Assembly: GCA_013265495.1 (NCBI GenBank)
Contig: MU058213.1
Coordinates: 7,084,066-7,148,065 of the forward strand
Direction: 5' to 3'
Length of the DNA: 64,000 bases
From: Vicugna vicugna
Taxonomy: Eukaryota
The notes under the pieces were generated by a model. It ran no database searches, had not been told where the DNA came from, and worked only from the letters and a program-made list of their open reading frames with translations. Below, piece after piece: positions 1-12,759 of the stretch. The translations under genes were made by a program, and so were the position numbers. The first letter of the stretch is position 1; every line of letters begins with the position of its first letter.

Positions 1-2439
1 GGAGTGAGTAATCCTTCCGTCAAGGTTTGATGGGCAATCTCAATGTAGTATTTGCAAAGCATCTATTCTTCATTTACTCAACCCCATCCTCCAAAAAAAT
101 TACTCTGTGAAAATCTAAAGCATCCCATCCCTAATTCAAGGACTCTGAAGGGTTATTTTTGGTGGGAGACGCGTGGAGAGGAAGGTGGCTTGCACCACCA
201 GTTGCAGCACAGGGACAGGAAGGTCAGAGGGACGAAGCTGGCAGAAGCTGAAATGGCACCTAGGGCTCAAAGACACAGAGCCTCCACCTCCCCCCTATTC
301 TCCCCACTTCCTGTTACCTTCAGGACAAAGCAGCAGCAATGATGTGTCCATCTTCCCATCATTCTGTGACATTTATCTTAACATTTTAGCTGCCTAAGAA
401 TAGTTTGGGGTGTAGAAAAACATATCAAGTTCTTGGAAAATACACATTTGCATTCATTCATTCTCAATCCTGGGAACCGACAGAAACTGTGAGGATGAGA
501 AGCTGTAGTGAGCTCATGGACGTAAAATTACTTCCCCTGAACCTCATACCACCGTGGATTCAATTCATCCAAAGTGCACTGCAAGTCAAGGAGTGAGAAT
601 TTTGAAGGACTTGTGGGGAGGAAGGGAGAGTCTAAGGATGACGTTCATGAGGGCTTTACACACCCACTCATACACCCATTCATTTCCTCAGTGTCAGAAC
701 ACACCACCACCTACAAGGTGTAACTTTTTTTTTTTAACATGGCATCACCCACTCCACGCGCCTGCCCAGCCCCCACCACCGAAAAAGTCTGCTTTAAAAC
801 ATAATGCTTCTGCCAACTGTGGCAAAACCATCCCCCACTTGCTTTTTTTGATTTGGTGCACCTGCACCATGGGAAAGGCAATATTCCAAGGGGTGGGGAA
901 AGCATGGAACAGGCATCGAGGGAATAAACCAAATCAATGTGACTCACTGTGGACTTGTGTCTGGGGCCAGCCCTCAACTCAGTAATGCTATTACCAAAGC
1001 TCTCTGCACAAGGTATGCCCTTGAGCCATCACAGCAAACCCCTAGTACCGCATTAGCTCTGTTTCACAGCTCAGGAAACAAGCTCGAGTGTGGTTAAGTC
1101 AGAAACTTGGCCAAGATCACACAGCAGGTAAGACGGAGGGGTGGGACACAAACCCAGGCAAGCCTGCCCGGGGGCATCCAGCCATAATCACCAGGCCCGC
1201 CTGGCTTCAGACCCTGGGAGGCAGTTTCACACCCACAGAGAGCAGGGGAGACCAGGTGCACACTGGGAAGTCAAGAGACTTGGGGAGGAGGCAGAGGAGA
1301 ATTCCAGGGCACTGGGAAGTAAGTATTTTTGTTTCATCTATACGTTTGGGTAGCACTGCAGAAGAACAGCCGGAGTGAGGGATTAACTGGGAGTGAGGGG
1401 TTAACTCAGAGGAAGGCTTCCCAGCCAGCGGTAGAGCATAAGCAGCAGGGCTCCCCTGGGAACAGGCTGTATTTGAGGGGTCATCTGTTCTCAGAACTAA
1501 ACAGCACACAGGGACAGAAACAGACCAGGAGTCAGCGAGACTTCTCCGCTCACCACTAAAATTCCAGAGCTCAAAAATATCCATCCACAGATTCAATGAA
1601 CTTCCCAAAACTTGCTTTCTTCAGTGGTGGGGAGTAAAAAAGATGTCTAACTAGGATTTGGAAGATGGGGTTCAAATTCCTGTTCAACTGTCACTGGCTG
1701 TGTGTCTTCAAGCAAAGCTAAACCTTTCTGAGAGGCTAATGTGGTAAATGAAAAATCAAAATTTTAAAAAGTACTGGACTCCAAATCACTGCAGCCAAGT
1801 CACAGCGGAGCCTTACACAGATCAGCTTATAATGGCACCTTCGTCACAGAGCTGCAGGCCAGGGGGTCACAGGTGCCAAGGCTATGTAAAATGACAGCAT
1901 TTGCCTTCACCCGAAAAAAAGAGGGAGTCAAACCAGGAGGTCCTTCCAAACGCAACACAGACGCCTACGCTGAGAAAAGCCCACATTGGGATTAATGCCC
2001 CCATGTCCGTGTCTTTCATTTCTCAATTTCTGAGCAAGGAGCCTTGCAACTTCATTTTGCACCGAGTGCTGCAAATGATGTGGTGGGCCTGGTACCCAAC
2101 ACTACACTTAGCATCTGGGACATCACAACTGTCATAAAAAACGGGCACTCTTTGGGAGCTCCAAGCAAGTATATTGGGAAGCAAATCCTACAAAACAAAC
2201 AGGGCGCTCAAGGAAAGATATTAATGTGCGTGTTTTTTTCCTTAGCCCAACCATAGACTAAGAGCTCTAAAGTTTAAAGGGGTTCCTCAGGACCAGTCCG
2301 GCTTGCTTGCCCATGAAACACACACGTGCACCCCTGCAGACTCACCCAGCTGCACCCTTCTGAGGCGAGGTGTCTTCCCGGACACTCAGCTCCTGGAGGC
2401 ACGTCCATCTGGCCACGCCACAGAGAACTGAGTGCCCAG

Positions 2440-2630
2440 AGCTGTGGTTCTCAGGGCCTGGTCCCCAGCCCAGCCACATCAGCATCACCTGGGAGCTTGT
2501 TAGAGATGCAAATTCTCCAGACCCACCCCAGACCTACTGACTCAAGCTCTAGGTGTGGGGCCCAGCAGTCTGGGTTTTAAAAGTCCTGCGGGTGATTCTG
2601 ATGCATGGACTAAAGTTTCAGAACCACTGG
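2440..2630. mobile_element. MER5A (hAT-Charlie MITE)
   Basis: gtggttctc...catcagcatcacctgggagcttgttagagatgcaaattctc...ggtgattctgatgca...agaaccactg with terminal inverted repeats. Confidence 0.85.
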
Positions 2631-4236
2631 CCCAGATAATCAAATGTAATCACTTTATCACTTGGCAGATGTGTTTGGTATCTTTTCATTTCATTCTTTT
2701 TTGGGGGGGGCTGGGGAGGATGTGTTGGGGCAATTGGTGGGGTGGAGCCCTCTCAGCATCCTCCCCACACCACAATCACCAGCAATTCCCAAAGATCCGG
2801 ATCTCTTTGTGTGTTTCCTGCAAAATTCAATTTAACTGCACACACTTTGTTTTTGCCTGTTCATTTCAGAGATAGTGCAGCCCGGAGTCCCTTGTGAACA
2901 AACATCCCATTTGCACATGTCAAGTATCTGATTCATTTAGTCTTATCCCAATTGCTTAATGTCTGCAACAGAAGCCCCCATGATATTCTTGATCTACGCA
3001 GCTGAGTTAATGCCCTGAGACAAAGGGGCCTGGTGTTTGGGTGAGCTCCCATGGGCCGACAGCCACAAAGAGAAGCTTGTTGAATGCACACATAAAAAGA
3101 AGAGAGATAGGAGGCAGAGACTCTGATCTTTATGACCCTCTGACTATTCTATCAGTTAGTTAAAGCATAAATCCATCCCCCGACCTCACAAAATACTATT
3201 TTACTTCCTTTTACTCCGTATTTTATCTTTTATAGCCAATAAAACATAAAAACCTTACAAAGGTTATGTTCTCATCAGTTTCTGCACTAAATGACAATAA
3301 ATTAAGTGGAAGTTACTGCAGCAGCAACGCAGACGTCAGCTTCAAACTTTCTGGGAGGAGAGTCCTCCCCATCCACCATCGGAGTTCAGAGCTGCCAGTC
3401 AGAGACTTATCCACTCAAATTAAATGTTAATGGTTTTGCTGTTCTATTTCTTTAATAATTAGATGGTGTTTAGCCTTTACTCTTATTTCTTAAAAGTCTG
3501 CTCTGGAGGCCAACAAATGAAAAAGAACGTAAAAACATGAAAACTTAAATATTTGTCAGTCTCGTAAAAGAAAAGCTACACTTTGCCAAATCACGTCGAG
3601 TCCACTATCTCCCAGTTCTTCTATTTCCCAGTAAGAAAGTCTCCCAAACCTCCACAACAGGCAATAGTCCCTGGACTCAAATTTTATTTTTCATCTGTAT
3701 AAAAGTCACTCAACCAATATTTGCCCAAGGTTCCAGTACATGAGTTAGTTGTCAAGCACTTAGAACCAGACCTGGAACACAATAAGGGCTCAATGAGTAT
3801 TACCATTCTTACTCACTATTGTGACTGTTACATTATGTGCTGTTACATGCGATTTGTGCTAAGCGTACACCATGAACAGCAAGACAGGTGTGGCCCTCCT
3901 GCTCTCATGAAACTCACAAGCAAGCAGCAGAGACAGGTACCAAAAAATTAATTACACAAGTAAATCTAAGTTAAAAGCTGTTACAATTAAGATATAACTC
4001 AGGAGGGATGGGAACTAGGAAAAACAGAGTAGTTTTAAGTCCTTTTATTATTTTGAAACCTCTTGGATGTATAATTCGGACCAAACCGTGACCCTTCCCC
4101 GGACATTTTCAAATCCTTCTGTACCACTATGCAAATTCCCAATATAAAACAGCCAAAAAGATTTGTAAACAAATATTCATTTCATTACTAAGCCATTCAA
4201 CATCAGAAACATTTCCCCAACTTTGTGGATGAGAAC

Positions 4237-4238
4237 TT

Positions 4239-4270
<32 letters not shown>
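4237..4270. repeat. Poly-T tract
   Basis: Run of 30 T at 4241-4270. Confidence 0.9.
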
Positions 4271-4272
<2 letters not shown>

Positions 4273-5779
4273 TGTTAACATTTCCAAATACAGAGACTGG
4301 GATTTCCCAAGAAACAAAATATGTTCAGATACATTCAATGACTCTTCCATGAATTTTCTCAGAACTCTGTACACTAAAATTAATTCACAGTTCAATTACC
4401 AGCCAAATTAAAAGCCAGGTTTACCTTTAAGTACGCAAACCACTTCCTTGAAACTTATGACTATTTCTAAATAATAGAAATTGCTTTGTTAAAAATATTT
4501 TTTATTCTATTAAGAACTTTTTAAAAATATATATAAAATGGGCTTTCTGGTGACTTCACTTAGAGCTAAGAGTGAGAAAAAAAAGATGTGACCACAGAAG
4601 GTGGAGACCCATTCTTAGAATGTTTCACAAGGAGAACTGGGGAAATTCAGGAAGGGCCAGGGACGTCCCCACAGACACAGTCACACAAGACCCTGCTAGA
4701 GCAGAAGGAAGCCCTGAGACCCTCCCTCGAACTTCTTCATAGCTTGGCAGGCGGGCCTGGGCTCTGGGTCTAGGGCACCGCAGGCCGTTTTCAGCTCCAC
4801 CTCTTCGTGTCTGAACTTGGGGCCAGTAGCTTAACCTTTTTCAGTTTCAGTCTCCTGTTCTGCAAAATGGGGACCTGGGGCACAAGGAAGCCGCGGGGAT
4901 CAGGTGGGAGGATGCATGCAGACGCTCCTTAGCATGACACTGAAGCCGAGTGGGCGCTGCTCGGCAACCATGGAGCCTCTCAAAACCCTGTCTCCCACTG
5001 AGACAAGATCCAAAGTCACAAGTACAAGAAAACACAAACTCGGACCCGCAGATGCACTTTCCGCTGCCCGTGAACTTCCACTTGAACAGAACGGTCCTCA
5101 CCTGGGACTCCCCGAGGGCCGCCAGGGTTGCTGTTAGGTCCCGGGAATCACATCTCCTCTGAGTCTTGGAGGCCTCTACAGACTGACCCGCTGACATGTT
5201 CATTCCCGGCCTGTGTCTCACAGAGCAATTTATTACCAAAGCAGAGATTGCAGCTAAACCAACAGGTCTAGCAGAACTCGGCCCTCCACGGTTACCTCAT
5301 CAAGCACATGACCGACATGCAGCAGCCATCAATTCCTGCGTGCTTCAGTCCCAAAGACACCCACAAAGGAAAAAAATCTTTAGACTGTCATCCAAGACCC
5401 TTTCATTCATCCATTTCAAACACTTCTGATTCCATGCTGTGTGCCACACTCCGTACTAGGCCCGGGACATAAAAACACCAAGGACTCGGTCCTTGTCACC
5501 AAGGCACACGCAGTCCTGGAGGAGGAAGACGTCTCACAGATAGTTTCAAGACAATGTAGTCAGTATAGTGAAAAAGTTACACCCAAGATGTTAACATGTT
5601 TTTTTCCTGTTAGGTATTTGGCCTGGGAAGTAAAATATTTAAGACCTGAATTTTTTTAAATGCTCTTCCAAAATAACTATAATACCACCTTTGATGAGCT
5701 AATGAAAACACATCAATTGTAAAAGAACCATGAAACAGAGAGAAGCAAAATAAATATATATGTATATATAACTATAATC

Positions 5780-6310
5780 TTACTCTCTGAAATAACTACT
5801 GTTAACATCTAGCTGCACAGCCTTCTGGATTTTAAAGTATGTATCGATTTCTCAATAAGACATGAGATCATTTTATACAGCATGTAACAACCTGGGTTTT
5901 TCACTTTCAACAAACACATATTAACACATTTCTGGAGTATTAAATGCTCCTCTAAGTTATCACTCTAAGTGATTACACAGAATTCCACTACAGCTTCCAC
6001 AATGTAACTATCCTCTGCTGTCTGATATTTAGACCAAGTCCAATTTTTTTGGCTATAATAAACATTATGATATTCCTACTCACACATCTTTTCAAAACAG
6101 TCCAATTATTTCTCCAGAATAACTTCCTAGAGAGTGGAATTATTGGATCAAAGGGTATTCATAAGACTCTTGGCCCCTGTTTCCAAAGTGTCCTCCAAAA
6201 GTTGGAGCACTGAAAACCACCACTTCCCTACACTGTCACCCACACTGTATAGCACCACTCTTTTCACTCTTCACATTTCGAATTGTTAAATTTTAATGCA
6301 CCCACCTTAA
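5780..6310 (-). mobile_element. Ancient L1ME-like fragment
   Basis: ataacttcctagagagtggaattattggatcaaagggtat is the antisense L1M signature. Confidence 0.6.
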
Positions 6311-6415
6311 TTAAAATGTTGCTCACAAGAACATCTTTTTCAGGGGTGGTTATGGCACTTGCTGAAATTAGGCAGCTGCGAGCTGCCCAATCATCCTCGT
6401 TTGGTTTTGGGGCCT

Positions 6416-6580
6416 CAGTGCTTCTCAGACTCAACCACACAGAAATCACTTGGGGACCTTGCTGCCACGCAGATTCCAAGTCAGCAGGCCTAGGGGAGGG
6501 GCTGAGATGCTGCTTGTCTAACAGGCTCCACATGAGGCCCAGCTGCTGGTCCATCAGCCACACTCTGAGGAGCAAGGCAC
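6416..6580. mobile_element. MER5-family hAT MITE
   Basis: cagtgcttctcaga...aatcacttgggg...gcagattc...ctgctggtcc...ccacactctgag. Confidence 0.7.
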
Positions 6581-7470
6581 ACAGCTCTGTGATCTCAAGG
6601 CCCCTCCCAGTCCCTAAGAGATGCCCCCATCTCCCCCGGCAGCTTCCCTCTCAAAGGTGCCCTGCAGGACTGAAGTTATTCTACCACTAACTCCTTGCAT
6701 TGTCTCGAACAATCCACTGAGCTTCCAAGGGCCTCAGTTCACCCATCTGTGAAATGAAAAGCTTGGAGCATCTGGCCTCTTAAGTTCCTTCCTATCTCCA
6801 ACAGCAAAAGATTTCCCTGCCCAAATATAACCAGGTGCGTCCTCAACTTCCCGCTCATTGGGACAATTCTGAGTATCTCCCTCCCTTGGCCCCACAGGAC
6901 CGCACTCAGAATGAGGCCAACAGAGGAGGAGCCATTCCAGCAGCTGGTGACGCTGCAGCCCAAGGAAAAAAGCACCCCTGAAAGGGGAGCTCTTCTCCAA
7001 CTACGTCTCCCCTGGTAGTCCCCAGTTACAACAATGTCCGTCATTTTCTCTTCCCAAAAGGAACAGTTCTAACAAGAACCGAAGGTAATTCGCCCATTAC
7101 CGGAACAAAGAGCGCAATAAGGGAGGAGATAGACAGAAACACCGCATCTGTACATGCCTTGCCAGGGAGCCCCCGGAGTCGGCTCCGGGCACAGGGAGGC
7201 CAGCGCCCTCGGGACTATTCCACCTGTCATGGCTACTCCCTTCGGTTCTGTTTTCCCCTCCTGCTTTTCTGCAACTAGTGTTTCCACAACACTAAAAGGT
7301 GGGCAGAAGCAGCACGAGATCCTTAAGGCCTGAGCTGACAGAAGACACTGTCTAAAACCACGTCGGATCTACAGACCTATTTTCTTATTTGCCAGGAGTA
7401 AGAAATTGCTGCTGTTCTTGTTCTGCAGGAACACAGAGCATGTTTTCTCCATCGTCAATAAGACAGGTTC

Positions 7471-7596
7471 TTTTTCTTTGTGGGGGGGGGGCAGTAATTA
7501 GGTTTATTTATTTATTTTTGGAGGAGATACTGGGGATTGAACCCAGGACCTTGTGTGTGCTGAGTATGCACTCTACCACTTGAGCTACACCCTCCC
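7471..7596 (-). mobile_element. tRNA-derived SINE (camelid Vic-1-like)
   Basis: Reverse complement has A-box (tagctcaagtggtagag) and B-box (gggttcaatccc), then aataaataaacctaatta tail. Confidence 0.85.
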
Positions 7597-10500
7597 TCTC
7601 TCCCAGCTACCACCACGAGAAGACAGATTCTAATGCTCCCCAGGTCAATTAAGTTATTGACTAAGACAAGGAATCGTTGTCTAGTGCAGTCCTCTGTTAT
7701 TTGCAAGACTGAACCAGAAGGATTTATTTTTAGTCATTTAGTGCATTTTCCCCCTAAAATAACCTTTTCCCTCCCCTTCTTTCCATGTCTTGGCTGAATT
7801 CACAAAATTCTTTATCTCACTTTAATTTCCTTGAGCTTCCTTTAAACTCCTTAAGTATTTTTTGAATCCTAAGTGAACTTTTCAAAAAAAGGCCCAGTAT
7901 CCTCTGTTCCTCTTGTACGGATGGTTCCCTGTCCCTCTTCCCAGTGTCTCCCACAAAGTCGGGAGGCCTCTGTTGCTTAAATCAGGCCTGAGTTAGGCAT
8001 GATGCTCAAGTCTAATCAAGGATTTGGCCAACCTGCCAGAACCTAATCAGCACAAATAAATCCGCCAGCATCTTCCACTTTTACCATTTCTGCTGTGGGC
8101 ATAACCCACCCCACCCTGTGAGCCCTGAGCCCCGAGCCCCTCACTTTGCCCTGTTCGCAATCTTTCACTCTCCCATGTTGAGGGGGAGCCCCTGGCCTGG
8201 ATGCATTTCTCTGCAGAGCTGCTACCCTGATTCCTCCCCACTCACTTCGCAGCTTGTCAGCAGGACCCAAGCCATAAAACAGATCAACAAGAAGACAAAT
8301 CCCAGCTTATTAGGTCCTGTTTGATCTTAAACCCACACCATCCAAGGCTGCAGCTACACAATGCTGGCTCGAGACAACAGAAGCAGAGTTTTCTTATGAA
8401 AATAAATTACACAAGGGCATGAAAGAAAGAAAACAGAAGTGCAACTAACTGCTGAAATGTTTGGAGCCTTCATTGTGGCCGGTGAGCTAAGCAAAGGGCC
8501 ATGGTTTCTTTTCCCGTCTTCTTTATTCTACTTTCCATTCTCCCTGCTTAACAAGACCAGTCTTTTTCCCTTGACAAGTATTTCTCAGGTACTACTTTTT
8601 GATTAGGGATGGCTTTCTCTCTTGCACGCTGGGGTTTTGTTTTCCACACCGAAAAGGTAACGTACCCTAAAGACAGCAAACCAAGTCCTAGGAGTCGCCT
8701 AGCTACAATCCATCAGCTGTGATAATATCAAGATGAATATATTGTCAGGAACCTGGATGTAGCATTTCATTTATCCCAGTCCCTCCCCTAAGAGAGGCTC
8801 CACCAGGGATTAGATTATTATGCAAGCTCCCTGGACCCACTCCAAACGCAGACTGCAACTATAGTTCAAAGGGAAACTTACAAAAGGTGATAGGAAATAG
8901 ACCTTCTACAGAACCCTTTTCTTTAAAAAAAAAAAAATTTTTTTTTAACCTTTTCAGAGTTTAATTCCATCCTATGTACCCATAAATAGACCAGCTTTCA
9001 GGAACTAAAAGCTAATCCTATAGTAATAACACAAAGTTGATATCTCATTCCACACAATCATTAATATTGCTTTAAACATCACGAGAAAGCTCTTCGACTT
9101 CTTAAGCTTTGTAATTCATTTCCGTACACCAATTCAAGAAAACTCATTAATTTAGGTGGCCTTTTTGCAGTACATCCGAGGCATGCAAATATTTGGGATT
9201 TTTACCTTAGGTCAGAGATTAAGGAAAAATTAACTTCTCATTTTCAGAAAGGATTTATGAATGTGAAAAAAATGCTTTTGACAGTAACATGTTAATGTTA
9301 GCTAATTCGCAAAAAAAAAGGCTACATAGAATATAGGAAGCAAAAACTGGAAGAAAAACAGAGAAAGGTTTTATATAAATGGTAGGCGTATTTTTTTAAG
9401 GGGAAATAAATCTTGTTACTTCCTCACCATTTTTTCCTATAACCCAGTTTCAATATTCCAATCAAGTGGAAGACGGAAGAGCTCTGATTTGGGAGAGGAA
9501 CAAAAATCCTTTGAACACTGATCGACATGAGATTTGTGCAATTATTTTACCTAGATTTAACTCCCTACACTCCACTCTCCACTCGTGTGATTGACCAAGA
9601 CGCTGTTTCCATTGAGCTGGGTTTATGATTATCCTCAGCGAAACTTCAAAGGCTACTCAATAGGTATCTTCCGTTCTTCATTAGAACTCGTAAATGTATA
9701 ACCTGCACATAAACAAGTCACTCTGCCTAATTAAATGGCATCTCTTGGTCTCTATTAAAAATTTAGAAGTGCTGCCTGAGTATAAACAATGTCATCTCAG
9801 AAGGGGGGAGGGAGACTTGCAATGTCCGTGAAGAACCTGCTGAATCTCCTCTAAGCAAAGCCACGTTGATAATAGCGAAGATGCACGTAAATTTTTCTAA
9901 TGATTTTACTATCAGTAAAGATTGTTTAAATGTAAAGGATCTTCATTTTTGACAATTACACCCTCAAGTATTACCTGTGTGACAGCAAAATGCAATCGGG
10001 TGTTTTCAATTATTTCAGAAACGATCACATAAGCACCTTTCCCCCACTTTTTTTTTCACTGAAGTATAGTCAGTTTACAGCGTTGTGTCAGAAATCTGCA
10101 TCCTGGAATAGGTAACAGCATTTTTCTCTAATAGCTGTTTGTAGCTTGGAGAAGGGGTTTGCTTCGTTTAGTTCCTTAATCATATATCTAGACTTAGAAT
10201 TCCTAGGAGGGTAATCCACAAAAGCTCTATTTTGGAAATGGAAACATTCCTAAAGTGTTTTGAGTTTGTATTGTTTGGCCTGGTAAAGAAAGCAAAGGTT
10301 TTTAAACTACCTTTTTCCAGAAACTGATAGAGGAATTATAAAGCACTTCCAGCTAAACAAAGTAGTTTAACTTGTGCTCAGGGTTCACTTCCCAGGCTCC
10401 CAACATTCTAAAAGAAAATCTGTTTTCGTAAAGTTTGAAACAGTATCTGTGACATTGAGCTTTATGTCATTAGACCAGGCAGAAATTGCAGCATGTAAAT

Positions 10501-12114
10501 GTTTGAGGAGGCAGATGGAGATTTTTGAGCTGTGAGGTGTTTTGTTAGAGCGCTCTCTTGTGGTCAAATGTCATCAACACAGCTTCTGTTTCACATTTTT
10601 TTAGAAGAACACTTTTCTGACAATCCGCAGTAGCATAATTCTAACAAAAATAAGCTGGAACTCAGGGTTGAACTTTCCAGTATTTTGCTGGATTTTGGAT
10701 CCTCTCTTCTTCTCCAAAAACAACTTACAATGCATTCAATAAAAAAATGCAGGAATCTGTGAGAGTTCTTAAATGTCCGAGAACTCAACACAGACATGCG
10801 CAAAGTAAACACAATGTTCCTTAGTGATTTGGTAACAGAGATACTCCTCCTCATGAAATGACATCATCCTCAAATGTCCCCCAGCTGGCCACGGAAAAGA
10901 CGGTTCCTTTCCCTAGCATCAGCACCACTGGCAATAGCGTGAAGTTGATGTAGCAGCTGCAGGCTGGGTGGATAACATCACCCATCACTGCCTGAGGCGT
11001 CTTAAAATGCTGTGATGTTGACTGCACCCATCTGCAAGGAGAATATATATCCCCAGTGGGGCGGGGGCCCAGCTGCCTCAGTCCTTGAGTGGAAGCGAGT
11101 GTGGCTTTTTTGCGACACCCACTTCAAAAGAGCTGTAGGAATTCGAAGTGATGGAGAAAATACTGAAGGGAGTAATTATATTCAGGTATTTCCAGAATTT
11201 ATTAACTGTGTGAAATACAAACCATTTCTATGGCTTCAGAATGTTCTACCTAAAAGCTTCATTGAAAATAAGGATCTTTATAATAAATTCTGCCTTGGAC
11301 CAGAAAACCTGGGTTCTTGAGAAATGAGACCTCTTTGATACATCAAATTTCAGGTCTTGAGGGGAGTCTGGAGACTACATTTCAAATCTGCCATTTTACA
11401 AATTAAAAAAAAAACCAAAGCCCAGTGAGGTGTAGGGATTTGCCCAAGGTCTTCTGGTAAGAAGCAGCAAACCCGGGATTAGAAGCGAGTCTCTCAACCA
11501 CACTAACTAGCCTGACCCATCCTCCTTGGCCCCGTCTTGCCAAAGAGCCGCCTGGCGCCCTACTCCCTGTCGTGGGCTGTGGTCACAATCTGGCTTGTGG
11601 TCCCTCAACTGCTACTAAAACATCTTTCTTGCTACTAAGTGGTCGGTCCTCGCTCTTTCCTCACAATGATAAATAAATGACAATCATGTTTTTTTTAAAG
11701 ACAAGCCTAGCAGCAACTGAAAACCGCAACACACTCAATGTAACACTGAATAGAAAACATCCTTCCTGGAAATTTCTGGAATTCTCATTCAATGCGGGCT
11801 TGTCATGAACTGACTCATGAATGGTGGGGCTTGTCATCCAAACCTCGTGTAGAAAACGTAATTAGGGTGTGCAAGGGATATGATAATGGGCCATTTTTTA
11901 TTATAAAATGCCTGTGTTCGTTCCCTTCCATGACAGACTTTATAGGTTACTGGTCATTTATGAAAAGCTCGTAGAATGAATCACTGTAAGTAAAGGAACT
12001 GAAGGGAGGTCCTCCATCAGTTGCCTCCAGCTGATGACTCATCACAGATGTGTACACAGTGGGTGACAGACTGACGTCCTTCGGGATCTGACGTGGCTGT
12101 GGTAGTAACAGAGA

Positions 12115-12133
12115 AGCCCACCAGATGGCGCTC
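12115..12133 (+). promoter_or_regulatory. Candidate CTCF binding site
   Basis: AGCCCACCAGATGGCGCTC closely matches the CTCF core CCACCAGRKGGCGC. Confidence 0.65.
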
Positions 12134-12759
12134 TTCTCTATTTTTAACTCATCACAAGAAAAAATAAAGTAATTTTTTAGTCTCAGAATGAACTGGATAT
12201 GTAGCTAACTTCATATAATATCATGTTTACCGTTGTAACATGCATCGCAGTTATGAAAATCTGCCCCCTCCACTTCCCTGAGGACGAGGTATGTGATGAT
12301 GGAGGACTCATGCCCCCCGGATGAAGTCTGTGTGTGTGTGTGTATGTGTACCACATGATTCTGTATTTTTCCTAAAAAGTGAGTTCTGTCTCAAAAATGC
12401 ATTAATTTAGATTCTCTCCTCTCTTAGTTTTCTATCTTCAAGGCTAAAGTAGAGGCTCTCTAACTATTGTCCCTTGCTCCATAAATTCCTCTCCAAAGGG
12501 ACCGTACTATCTTTGTCTCACCCACACACAGCACTCCCATTCCTGTGCTGTGAAGTAACAAAATCTTTGCAGCTCATTAGGAGGCAGCAGATAACATCTG
12601 ATTTGGCAGGAAGATGGGCGACAAGAAAGTCACACAGGGAGGTTATAAGAAGACCTCTGTGACTGGGCCAGAGCTCTCAAGGTCTGCTTCCACAGCACAC
12701 CAGTTCCACAAACCAGACAAATATTTTTGTTAATAAGTTTTGTTAAAATTAATGTTGGC

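Noticed and set aside
7471..7596. tRNA-like A/B boxes here and at 20511, 21760, 31291, 38585, 47500 and 59626
   Set aside because: They share an AT-rich tail and lack a full cloverleaf, so they are SINEs rather than tRNA genes
10385..10854. Two adjacent minus-strand ORFs that might be a decayed gene
   Set aside because: No recognisable protein motif or exon structure
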